From positions 21,274,125 through 21,338,124 of the forward strand of contig CAVNZM010000001.1 in NCBI GenBank assembly GCA_963693365.1: 64,000 bases of DNA, read 5' to 3'. This DNA comes from Amoebidium appalachense (lineage: Eukaryota > Protista > Ichthyosporea). The position numbers and the translations under genes are program-made. The notes beneath the pieces are model-generated. The model was given only the letters and a program-made list of their open reading frames with translations. It searched no databases and had not been told where the DNA came from. Position 1 is the first letter of the stretch. Every line of letters begins with the position of its first letter. Below, in pieces: positions 52,652-64,000 of this stretch.

Positions 52652-53609
52652 CGTGTGTGTGTTGCGCATAAGTCGTTTGCTTGCGCGTGCGTGTGTGTTT
52701 GTGTGTGTGGGGTGGGGGGGAGTGGGGTTGGGGTGGGGGGGAGGGGGGGGGGGGAGGGGACGAAGATGCAAGGTTTGTATTGGGGGTGGGGGGGGGGGGA
52801 AGGGTGGAGAAGGGTGGAAAGACGCACACGAACGGTGTGTTGTACCCTTGCATACTCAGTGGTTGTTCTCTTCAACGCCAACGATGTTTCCAAAAGAATG
52901 CGTCTTTTCTTTGAAGCTAGGGGGGGACACGTGTGCTGTGTGTGTGTGTGTGTGTGTGTGCGTGTGTTTGTGTGTGTACATGTGTGTGTGCCGCATATGT
53001 GTCGTGTGTGTGCTGGTGCATATATGTGTGTGTGCGCCGGGGGGGGGGGGGGGGGGGGGGGTGGAGGAGGGAGATGGGGGGCTATCTTGCATGAAAAGGT
53101 GGCTGTGGTAGGAATGTGTTAAACCTGGTGCCACTCCTATGGGTGAGCTTTTTAAGGCTTGTGTCGTAGGGTTTTTTTTTTTTTTTTGGAGGGGTAAGCC
53201 TGGGGGAGGGGACGAGGGGGGAGGAGGGTTGTAAAGCCTCAAATAACATCACACAAAAGGGCAAATAAAAGGCCCTTCAAATTTTGGGTGTGTCACGGTG
53301 TGTGTGTTTGTGTGACATGTCACGCCGGGGGGGGGGGGGGGGGGGGGGGGGGGGAGAGGGGGGGCAGTGGGGGAGGATATTGAGACCCGTACATGCACAC
53401 AGGGTGTTGAGGTGTGCACGTCGCGATGTGTGCTGGGGCATGTTGGATGGAAGGTTCGAGATGCAGGGGACCACCGGGCCAGCACGTGCTCTCCACGAGG
53501 CCATTTGGCCAATCAAACGAGGGAGCGTCATTGAGGTTTGGATTGTTCAGATGATGGATACCTGCACTTGCCGCACCCCTTTCACGGTGTGGACCTTGGT
53601 GTTTAAGCA

Positions 53610-53663
53610 CGTGTGCGTGTGTATAGGACGTGGGGGGGGGGGGGAAGGGGGGTTGCACGTTGA

Positions 53664-53696
<33 letters not shown>

Positions 53697-53809
53697 GAGG
53701 GGGCGAGGGGGGTTTGCATGTCGAAGTGTGTGTGTGTGTGTGTGCGTGCGTGTGCGTGTGTGTGTAGGGAGGGGGGGGGGAGGGGGGGGGAGGGGCGGTT
53801 GCACGTTGA

Positions 53810-53852
<43 letters not shown>

Positions 53853-53880
53853 GAGGGGGCGAGGGGGGGTTTGCATGTCG

Positions 53881-53914
<34 letters not shown>

Positions 53915-53974
53915 GAGAGGGGGGGAGGGGGGGGAGGGGGGTTTGTATGTCGAAGTGTGTGAGTGAGTGAGTGA

Positions 53975-54028
<54 letters not shown>

Positions 54029-54233
54029 GTGTAGGAGGGGGGGGGGAGGGGGGGGAGGGACGGTTGCACGTCAAAGTGTGTGTGTGTGTGTGTGTGTGTA
54101 GGAGGGGGGGGGGGGGGGGAGGGGGGCGAGGGGGGGTTTGCATGTCGAAGTGTGTGTGTGTGTGTGTGTGTGCGTGTGCGTGTGTGTGTAGGAGGGGGGG
54201 GGGGGAGGGGGGGAGGGGCGGTTGCACGTCGAA

Positions 54234-54250
<17 letters not shown>
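53610..54250. repeat. Compound tandem repeat alternating (GT)n, G runs and short fixed linkers
   Basis: Cycle (GT)n-AGGAGGGG...GGTTGCACGTTGAATT / GGTTTGCATGTCGAAG, about 8 times. Confidence 0.85.
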
Positions 54251-54268
<18 letters not shown>

Positions 54269-54307
54269 CGCGCGTGTGCGTGCGTGTGTGCGTGTGCATG
54301 TGTGTGT

Positions 54308-54345
<38 letters not shown>

Positions 54346-55222
54346 ACTTGTGCATGGTGTGTGTGCGCATTTGCGTATTTGCTCTTGGGTGCTGTGTGTG
54401 CGTGTTCTTTTGCCCTAGCCCATTTCATTGACTCCATGCATGGGAATGGTCCACTTTTATTACCTCGTTGCTGCCGCTGTCAGTGCGGTGCCTTTAGTCG
54501 AGGGAGAAGTATTGCTGAGGGCCCGGGCGCCATCCTGCGTGCATGGACCAAACAACAATTGCGCCATTGACGTGCACATTAAGTAACCTGAGCCCCCCCC
54601 CCCCCCCCCAAAAAAAAGGAAAGAAAGATATGAGTGCTTGCGCACACGTGAATGCAGTGTGTGTGTTGGTGGGGCAAGGGATGGGTGGATGTGGTTCGTG
54701 GGTGGTGGTTGTTGGGGGGGGGGGGGGTAGGTTTGGCTGGTGAAGGGCATGGATAGGTAGGACGGGTGGCTGTAGGTGTGTCGTTAACTTGCCTCGCTTT
54801 ACTACAGCCAATACTGTGTGTGTGTGTGTGTGTGTGCATGCACACATTCGTGCACACACTGGCATGCATGTGGTCTGCGCATAATTGTGCACGTGTTTAC
54901 TATCGACGCGTGTCCGCGATATTTGTGCATGACCCCCTCCCCCCCCCTTCTCATAGTTCCGGCACCCAAAAAACCAGAGGGGTGGCGGGTGTATTCTAGC
55001 CACTACACTGACCATACCTCACGCACCACATGCATGTATTATGTCATACTATACAACATTTATTTACTTACTGACTTTGTATATACCGTGGATAGGGGGC
55101 CTGCCCCCCCACCCCAGCCCCTGCACAGCAGGGGCCGTACTTTCGTGCCCCAACCATCACACCTTCATCAACCATTCGTCTATTTCGCTACCTAATAAGG
55201 ATATTGCACCTGCCAAATAAGG

Positions 55223-56836
55223 CTATTGCTGGCGGCTGACCGTTGGCAGGTCTGCCGGGTGGACCAGGCCCAGGTTCCAGAAGGGCTGGATGCCGTCATG
55301 GGCAAAGAACAGGGGCTTGGCGGCATACAGGTGAGTGGGCACCTCGTAGCCCGGCTTGGCCTTGGCCTGCACCAGGGAGGGATAGGCCACAGCCCCTGCA
55401 TAGTAGAGGGGCAGCATGCGGTCCATGTCCTCCACCCCCTCCTGTATGTGCGCCCACGTGCCGTTGACCTGCGGCACCCCAAACCTCAGGCCCCGCATGA
55501 TGGGCGGGCTGCCGTCGTCCGTGGGGGGGTGGTGGCGGGTGAAAGCAAACAGGCCCACGCCGGCATGCTCGGCCATGCGGCCCAGGGTTAGCCAGCCCTG
55601 CAGGGTGAACATGATGTAGTGCAGCGATGTGGGCCGCTCCATCTCGTGCGGCAGCGTGCCGTCCTCCCTAAACTGCGTGCAGATGCGGCTCTTGGCCCTC
55701 TCTGTGTGGTTCAGGTAGCGGGGGATGTCGCCCACAAAGGCGGCTATGGCGGCCATCTGCACGTCGTAGAACAGGCCGTGATTGTTGAAGCGGTAGTACT
55801 CGTCCAGCCCCTGCCTGCTCGTCAGGACGTACTCCCCAAAAGTCTCGAACCACTGCCTGAGCTGGCCCATCTCCCCGTCACTCAGCGCCCCTGCCCGGTG
55901 CAGCAGGCGCACGGCATCGAGCAGATAGTAGAAGTCCTTGGTTTCGATGATGCCGTAGTTGGCCCCCACGTTGTCGTTGTATCCCCATCTGATCTGCGCA
56001 TAGCGCATGTGCGGGTTCATGCGCGTGGCCGGGTCCAGGAACCACGTGCGGATGTTGAGTGCGGCCCTCTCAGCATAGCGCACGTCATCGCTGAAGTACC
56101 AGGCCAGGGCAAGGCACGTGGTGTTGCCAAACATCGACGCCAGCCTACTGCGGTCGTAGCGCTCACTCTCGGCATCATACAGCTCAGTGCCCGGTACACG
56201 CTCGCCGTCCCGGCGCACATACGGCAGGCCGTCGGGGGTGTCTGGGTTTGGCCAGTAGTAGGGGCTGGGCGTGTAGTAGTCGTGCTTGTCGCCGGAGGGG
56301 GGCAGGGTGGTCTTGTTGACCACACTGAATGGGCCGTGGTGCAGCGCCTGGTCGGCCAGCCCCAGCAGCTGCCCAATTAGGCCCGACAGCAGGGCCGACC
56401 TGCCCTTCCTGTAGATGTCCCTCTCAGCCGCAAGGATGGACTCGTTGTAGGCCAGCAGCGGGCTGGGATCGAACCCGTGCAGCTGTGTCGCCACCTGGAC
56501 GTCCAGCCTTGTCAGCAGCCGCTCGACCCCGCTGGCCCGCATGATGCCCCGGTCCACCAGCGCCCCCGTCTGCTCGAGGGCCCCCTGCCCGCTGAACAGC
56601 CGGGCCACCCAGCCGGCTGCCGGCACGGCGTTGGGCCCCGGCACGTCGTCACTGACCACCCACTCCTTCTTCTCCCACGGGCCAAGGCTCTGGGGCCAGC
56701 GGTCCCACGGTCCGGCAATGCGCAGGCGCCAGAACAGCTCGACCTTGGGCCTGCGGCCGTAGCGCATCTTGGGGTTGAACCGCTCCTTGGCATCGGCACG
56801 GAAGATCAGTTGCGGCTCCTCCTTGGCTGCTGGCCT

Positions 56837-56878
<42 letters not shown>

Positions 56879-59531
56879 CAGACATCAGGCAACAATGTTG
56901 CATGCTCCCTGCATAGTGGGCCCTAAGTCTTAGGTGCTGCTGTTGCGGTAGCAGTGCACGTGGTTGGGCACGTGTGTCGATGTGCTCATACATCACGCAT
57001 GTGTGCATGCAGGGCACATCTAGTGTGTGTGTGTGTACATCAAATTAGTATGTGTGCATGCAGGGCACATCTAGTGTGAGTGCATTGGCACCTACTTGTA
57101 TGTGCTGTCGAACAGCACGCTGTTGTTAGTCAATCTGTCCATGGGCACAGTGAAGTACTTAGTGCCTGCGCCCTTCTCCTCTATCGTGGCCCTGATCTGG
57201 TCCCAGGCCTGCCTGGTCAGGAAGCAGTTGCCGTCAAAGGGCAGGATCCAGCGGGCGCCGGCCCTGATGCCCTCCTCGATCATGACGTTGCGTGCGCCGT
57301 TGTTGTTCATCACGTACAGGTTCTTGTCGTGGTACATCGTGTCCGTCACGGCAACCTGGAAAAAAACCGTATCAGCCGGTGCCACTGGTGGTGGTGGTGG
57401 GAGGGGTGCATGGAATGGGGTGGGTGGTGTTGGGGTGGCGGCGGCGGGGGTTTGAATGCGTCAAAAAGTACGAAGAACACAAGAACGAACGGATAACACG
57501 ATGCAGAATGCAAGAGTATGCATAATAAGCAGAGCCCATCCTCAGGGGGGGCCCACGTCATCCACAGTACCCGAGTATCGACCTATTCACCTCGTTGGGG
57601 GGAGGGGGGAGGGGGGGGGGGGGGGCAGGGGGCAGAGGGAGAGGGAGAGAGAAAGAGGGAGAGAGAGAGAGGGGAGGAGGGAGGGGCAGGGGATGTGCCA
57701 AAGAAAGAGGGAAGAGAAGGGAGTACAGTATGGCACTTTGTGCTTCCTATTTCTGTTAACTCGGCAAATAGCTTCCTATTTCTGTTAACTCGGCAAATAT
57801 GTTCGCTATTTCTGTTAATGGCATTTTTCTTTCAAGGGGATTTGCGCACTCGGCAAATAGTTTCCTATTTCTGTTAACTCGGCAAATATGTTCGCTATTT
57901 CTGTTAATGGCATTTTTCTTTCAAAGGAATTTGCGCAATGTGCTTCTTATTTAGGGTTTAGGGTTCCCTTCCTATTTCTGTTAACTCGGCAAATATGTTC
58001 CCTATTTCGGTTAATTGGCACAATATGCTTCCTATTTCTGTTAACTTAGCACGTCATATTCCTCTTTCTGTTAACTCGGCACATCATGCTTCTGTTTCTG
58101 TTACAATTTCTTCTGGTTGCAGGTGCCCGGAACTTAGCACGTCATATTCCTCTTTCTGTTAACTCGGCACATCATGCTTCTGTTTCTGTTACAATTTCTT
58201 CTGGTTGCAGGTGGCCGGTGCATGTGTTTCTTTGGTTAATGTGTATGTATGCTTTCGCGCTTATGTATGGGTGTGTTCTCTTGTCCTTTCCGGTCTTTCG
58301 CGAGCCCTGCAAGTGGGTTACAAGTGGTGTGCCAGGCTGCCCATGTGTATGTTATTGCATGTGCAGTTCCTTGGTACGCGCACACCACCACCACCATGAG
58401 CCCACACCCACCTGCATCTTGTAGTCGAGCTCTCTAAACGTCCAGCTGTGAATCATGTCCATGCGCCCATACCCCTCGTATTTCATGGTGCGCTTTGCAT
58501 ACTCCTCCAGCACCAGGGGTATGTGCACGAACGTCTGGTTGCGCTCACGCAGCAGCGCCAAGATCCTGGCCTCCTCCCCCTCGTCCACAATGCGGTTGAC
58601 CACCCAGCGGCGCTCCAATCCGGGCAGGTCTGGCTCGTTATCGAGAATGAACTTGACGTTGCCGTACGACTGGCCCAGGGCGTGCCGGGGTGGCAGGTCG
58701 TTGCCGATGGCCCGGAATAGGATGTACTTAGGTTTCGTGGCCGTGTCAACCTGTGTCTCGCCGTCTTTCCCCGGCTGCAATTCTTTTCCATTCTCTTTCA
58801 CTGTCTCCTTTCCACTCTCTGCCCCATCTTCCACCGTTTTCTCGTTTTCTCCTTCCTTCACTGTCTCTTGTACCCCAACCTCCTTTTCTCTAGGTGCCTC
58901 CCCCTCACTCTCCCCCTCCTTATCCGTCACTTGTGTTTCCTCCTCCTCCGTGTCTGTCTCTGGCAGGTCACTCTCCACATCCTCATCAACCGTCTCTTCG
59001 CTTTCTTTTACACCGGCAGTGTCGATCTCCTTCTTCAGTTCTGTAGGAAACAACGTCAGGACTCAAGTGCATTTGCACAGCAAAATCACAACCAACCAGT
59101 GTCTGCCACACCCCCATAGCACCCCCCCCCCCCCCCCCCCTAAACTAACCCCCAACCCCTGCCTGCCACACACCCACCATGCAACCCCCCCCCCCCCCAA
59201 CTTCCAGGCACGTACCAGGCTCCTCGGTAGGGGTGGCCAGGTCCTCGTCTGCCTCGCCCTGCGCATAGTTGCCCCACACCTTGTGCAGCGGGCTATTTTC
59301 TATCACTATGGCCACCTTGTTCTGCACCGTCTCGCCTACCCACGTGAACGACCCGTGGAACGAAAACACAAACATCATAACAAGGACGGCCAGTGCCACC
59401 GTCCATTTTTTTAGGTTAAACTGGTTGGGGGACGATAGGGAAAACGGTATGGCCCGTCGCCAGAACACAGGGCTGCGTGGCAGGGCCGTGCTCTCGGGCT
59501 TTGCGCCCGGCACGCCCAGAAAGGGTCTCAT
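55223..59531 (-). CDS. Type II membrane protein: TM anchor, acidic stem, glycosyltransferase-like domain and alginate lyase (PL5/PF05426-like) domain, ~938 aa. Exons 59531-59216, 59040-58412, 57355-57096, 56834-55223
   Basis: TM segment WTVALAVLVMMFVFSF. GT-like block FRAIGNDLPPRH...YVMNNNGARN...WILPFDGNCF...EEPQ...YGRRPKVEL. Lyase block PPSGDKHDYY..PYYWP, RRDG, WFLDPATRMNPHMRYAQ, NNHG, YIMFTL. Exons total 2817 nt in frame. Confidence 0.88.
57451..57596 (-). mobile_element. Copy of the G-run-associated element with an internal deletion (lyase-gene intron)
   Basis: Same fixed end; matches the 8101 copy as far as CACCTCGTT, then a G run. Confidence 0.8.
57740..58215. repeat. AT-rich repeat cluster (CCTATTTCTGTTAACTCGGC motif) with an internal TTAGGGTTTAGGG and an ~87 bp direct duplication
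   Basis: The motif occurs ten or more times; telomere-like heptamers at 57950-57965; 58044-58125 is repeated at 58131-58212. Confidence 0.8.
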
Positions 59532-61162
59532 GGCTAGGCAGTCTACGTGCTACACCGTGTGCTCTGTGTGGCAAATTTGAAACTGTGAACGAAGCAAGCT
59601 GTCTGACTGGACTCTTGGAAGGGGCGGCCTGGGCTTTATCTGGACACGGTGGGCGATGCACCTGCGTGATACTTGCCGAACCACCATCTAGTACCCTCTG
59701 TTGATTGGGCTCCAGGATTTGCATTTAGCTATATATGGGTTTAGTGCATCCAGGATGCATTCCTGCCAGAACCAAGTATTTCGGAGATGATGGTGTAGTT
59801 CGACGTGTAACGCACACCGAAGAGCGGCGAAAACAGCAATTCAGTGGAGAAACATTGCTATATACAGAATGCTTCTTGTAAAAATTTGATATCACACATA
59901 TTGAATACAAGTTGTTTGGCAACTTGATTCGACTTCAAGGGAGCATGCACTGTGCACGTGTGCTGTGCCGCCAAATGCCAAAGTTTATTGGGGTTGGCGG
60001 GACCAATCAGAATGAGCGCACTCATCTATTGTACTACTTACTTGATGATGTGTTCGTGCAACGGCACCGTCGAACACCGTCCGTGGAAACATGGAAACAG
60101 AAAAGAGCCTCGCAATTTGCGTATAATGTGAAGTACATATATACTACATGTGGCCACAAAAAAACGCTTGAAAGCCCCCGCGTGCACTAAAAACGTAACA
60201 CACATGTATAAATGTAGCCTTATCTCAGATTGCTATTGTAATCTAATTACGAGTTCCTATTGGCTTTTGATTTACCGCATCTGACTCCTATTGGCTATCC
60301 GTGCACAGGGTTTTATTTTTGACCGTTTTTGGCACCGAGAATGGAGGGACCTCTGCCAGAACGTTGTACGTGGCCGCGTTTAGTACGCCTGCTGCCAGCT
60401 GCGGAGTTGTTGATTATTATCTGCCCATGAGAAACACACTGCGCGAGCACAAGCAGCATGAGCATGAAAAATTATAAGCAATTATACATCACGTGGCGGA
60501 ATTGTGCCACCTGGCAAAAAAAAAAGCGACTGTGCATGCCGACTGGCATTCACTGTGATGGACCAGAAAATCAGACACACAAACGGAAGTAGGACATACG
60601 TGCACATACACGTACATGCAAACCAAAGCAGTCCCATTGCAGAAACAGCAAACAGGCACTTTATTCCGAAAGGTTAGGTTAGGTTCCATACCTACTCCTG
60701 CATCACTGAACACAGCTCATTTTGACGGTGGGTGCGTCACAAAATATGGTGGCAGCTAATTTATACAGTACGTCCGCGGACTACACAACTAAAGTTCAAG
60801 CTTGCAAGGGTGAGCCCATCACCTGGTCCAGTCACCAGACTAGAGTATGTAGGTTTTCCTTTCTTGTTCTGGTTCTTTAGAGTATCCCTGCTCATTTGTC
60901 CAGATGTGTCTTGACATTCTTTGGTTATTGGTACAGTATGAAAAAGGGTTTACGGTGGAGGAGGACGAGCACACATATGGCCACGTGTATTTTGTGGCCC
61001 CGTCATAGACCTCTTCTATTAGCTGGCAGAAATCTTTCACCAAGTCTTTCACTAAGTACATACATAGGCACCTTGCGAGTGTGTATGTGCGGGCAGGCCG
61101 TGTATGCCTGCCTATCCAGCCACTGCTCACAGCAGCCGGTCTACTAGGTTTCACGAGTGGGG

Positions 61163-62792
61163 CTAGGTCAGAGGGATGTACTCGCGGTAGCGTGGTACGT
61201 CGAAGGCACACGACGAAAAGACGGCCCCGGTCATGGCCAGGCCGGCTGCAGCCATGACGGCGGCATAGGAGCAGCCCAGCTGGGCATCACTGGGCACGGT
61301 GCCCTGGCGGCTGGCTGCAAAGCCTACACAGACGGCAGCCTGGGCCAGGGCAGAGGCGGCCAGCAGGGTGCGCACGGGCCTGGGGCTGTGGCTGCAACAC
61401 TCGTAACACAGCCACGCACACACGCCAACCCCGCCCACCACGCTGGCCAGCAGCAGGGCGGCCAGCACCTGCTCGCTGCGGCTGGCCAGATCGTCGGGGG
61501 TCAGCAGGGTGCAGTAGCGCACGGTATGGCCCAGCACCCTCAGCGCCTGCGGCTGGCAGTCTGACACCAGGCCCACACTGTAGCCCCCTGCACCCTCGTA
61601 CCACTGCGCCGTCACAAGCCCAAACAGCCCCAGCAGCACACTGCCCAGCGTGCACTTGAAGGTGAGCACAGAAACGAACCTGCCCACACCCAGCCATGTT
61701 AGCGACAGAAGAAGGATGCATGTATGTGCATTAGGGGCCATGGGGCCTTGTGCCTAATGAGCGTGTGTGCCCTGTTGCCTTGTTCTTGCTGCATGCTAGC
61801 ATTTGGTTACCTGCCGTTCTCTTTGCTCCTGTGTCATGTTAGAATGTTAGGCTTTCAGGATGTTGGGTCTACCGTAAAGGTAGTGTGATCTTTAAGGATC
61901 ACTGATTTACACACCCAGCTATCATCATGTTTCCGCATATACATGTGTGCTGGAGTGCTAAACCTGTAAGTGGACATGCCCACTTTCCGTTACTACGATA
62001 GGTGTCTGTAAGGTGAGCTTGGGTTTTGCCTTTTGCCAATAAATATGTGTTGTTGGTGTGGGAGCCAAAGGATGTTTGTGCCCAAGTACTATGCCAAGAA
62101 GAACAGATGCTCACACCTGAGTAAGGTGCACCGTTCAAGGAAAAGAAATAAAAAACGGGAAAGGACATGGCTGCATGTGAGGACAAGTTGATCAGTGTGC
62201 CTGTAGCTCTTGGCTGGGATTTCCTTGTTCTAAGCCCATTGGTTTTGTGTTGCCGTGATGGCGCCCAGGCTCACACACACATAAATAAAGCCAGAATGCT
62301 CTCAATGCACACAACTTGAAGCACGCCAAACACTCACGTACACAAGTAGTGGGGCACAGCACACAGGGAATGCATATGCTCACACAGGAGACGGTTTACA
62401 AGCACATGTACAGTCGTTAGCATACCCACACAGACCACAATGACAGCATACAAAGACGCGCTTGCATGAGTGCAACACAAAACACATGAATATGGGCATG
62501 CGGATAGGATCATGCGCTTCAACAACTCTCAGACACAGCGAAACTCCTTCCTTTAAATCTGGCGTCTGCTTACACACCAAAGGATGACCATATGCTGGTC
62601 ACATGCCCCAAGCCTAAAGCTTCCTTCCCATGAAACCTTTCGGTTAAACGATTGCACACATCAGAGGCGTCTAGCTAAACCTTAGAATGGAAAAAAGACC
62701 AAAAGCTCAAGATAATTGATAATTTAGAGAGCCTCCAGAACATGGCATCCAGCCAGTCCATGACATATGGCTCACCACATCAGTGCCGACAT
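61163..62792 (-). CDS. Claudin/PMP22-superfamily-like four-pass membrane protein. Coding exons 62792-62776 and 61679-61163
   Basis: MSALMW|FVSVLTFKCTLGSVLLGLFGLVTAQWYE...VGLVSDC...YC gives the W...GL..C...C loop signature, followed by three more hydrophobic segments and LGCSY before TM4. The phase-2 junction TG|gtgagc ... cag|G fits. Confidence 0.65.
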
Positions 62793-63682
62793 CCTTCCGT
62801 AGCGGCGGTCCTCAACCTGCACTCAAGGCCTTCCCCGTTGTCCACAGCCCGCCGGTTGGTTTTATGAACGCCAAAGAAAAAATGGTCAAACCACGCGCAG
62901 GGTGGTGGCACAATGTACCCCTGATTGCACGGCCAGTTGAACTTGTTGTTGAGCGAGGTTTGGGCGGAGCTACACTACACCTGCTACACTACAGCTACGG
63001 CCAAAGCAAATATGATAAGGTAGCTATTTACGCAAAAACCATCCAGAAATTGTTGCGCGCATGAATGGTACCTGAAATAGCGGTTTCACGGGTACATCAA
63101 AGAAAGACGGCTTGCATTGGTCGTATTATCGTGACACTGAATACCCTCTATGCGACCTTTAGCACACAGCATCACCGTGTTTCAGATGATAAACTTGCCA
63201 CGTTTTCTGCCCACACGGTCCACACCGTGCCGGTTTCTCGTGCACCGTGCATGGGCGTGATGAGCTAAAACCTACCGGCTACTGTGTGCTGATTGGCTGC
63301 CGCCTTTTCCAATGGCTCGCGATCTGCTTTCAAATAGTTCCTATTGGCTGCTGGATTTTAAAGGTGCTCCTCCAGGAGCGGCAATAGATCTCCACATATA
63401 GTCAGCTTATTTGAGCTGAAGCCGCCGTTTTAAAATTGTAAAAACCTTAAAATCCATTTGAAAAAGTTAAGGCTGTATAAAATCTTCTTACTCCATTGTA
63501 TATTTCAAGGGAGACGAATCGGGTCATGTCCGAGCTCAGAGGGGTTTTGGCCCGTCAGCTGTTCTGCTTTTCTTGAAATTTACACGAACTTTTCATCGCT
63601 TCCAGCAAATATCCAACAACCATATGGCAATGGATTGCAAAGCCTTTATATATACCTTGAACCTCTTTTAACCAAAGTTTTA

Positions 63683-63718
<36 letters not shown>

Positions 63719-64000
63719 TTTTATAGGTCCTGCAAAAAGAGTTGCTACATGGGAGAAGAAATAGACTCCCGAGCTGGCTGAACACAATCGCACGGTCGAT
63801 GAAGACCCCAGCCATCTCCTGTAATCGGGTTTTGGTTGTCGATTTTTCCCGATCGAAGTTGGCAGGAAGTATGGCTCATCGCTAGGCTACACCAGTCCAC
63901 GAAACTTTGGCGCCAAATAGGCCCGGCCGGATATCTTCATCCGATTCACAGTTGTGCCAGATCACAGCTGTATACATAGGCTGCCACTTGACTCTGAGTA

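Noticed and set aside
55619-56380. Plus-strand ORFs over the lyase exon, likewise 58455-59414, 11364-12674 and 41894-43147
   Set aside because: Antisense shadows of real minus-strand exons.
56767-56834. Alginate lyase as a stand-alone 514 aa gene starting at 56767
   Set aside because: The frame continues upstream to an acceptor at 56834 and joins three more exons in phase.
31735-59531. Spherulin-4 and GT-lyase genes as a polysaccharide biosynthetic cluster
   Set aside because: They are ~18 kb apart, separated by PRP19, and act on different predicted substrates; no synthase, deacetylase or epimerase gene is present.

Overview
Eukaryotic, intron-rich genomic DNA, dense in (CA/GT)n microsatellites, long G/C homopolymers and intron-private minisatellites. 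Most ORFs in the supplied track are repeat artefacts. Manual splicing with GT-AG junctions and consistent phases gives seven protein-coding genes: the 3' end of SIN1/MAPKAP1 (+), and on the minus strand a KANSL1/NSL1 orthologue, an intronless APC amino-acid permease, a secreted and possibly GPI-anchored spherulin-4 (GH135-like) protein, PRP19, a type II membrane protein fusing a GT-like domain to an alginate-lyase (PL5-like) domain, and a claudin/PMP22-like protein. Animal-like SIN1 and KANSL1 motifs next to microbial-type polysaccharide enzymes suggest a unicellular holozoan such as an ichthyosporean (inference). Three non-genic signals stand out: (1) a 7-copy short element with one fixed end abutting G/C runs and hammerhead-like half motifs, a candidate poly(C)-targeting Penelope-like retroelement fragment; (2) minisatellites built from duplicated splice-acceptor and branch-point sequence; (3) a ~360 bp foldback plus several MITE-like elements. 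Family assignments come from remembered motifs; no database search was run.
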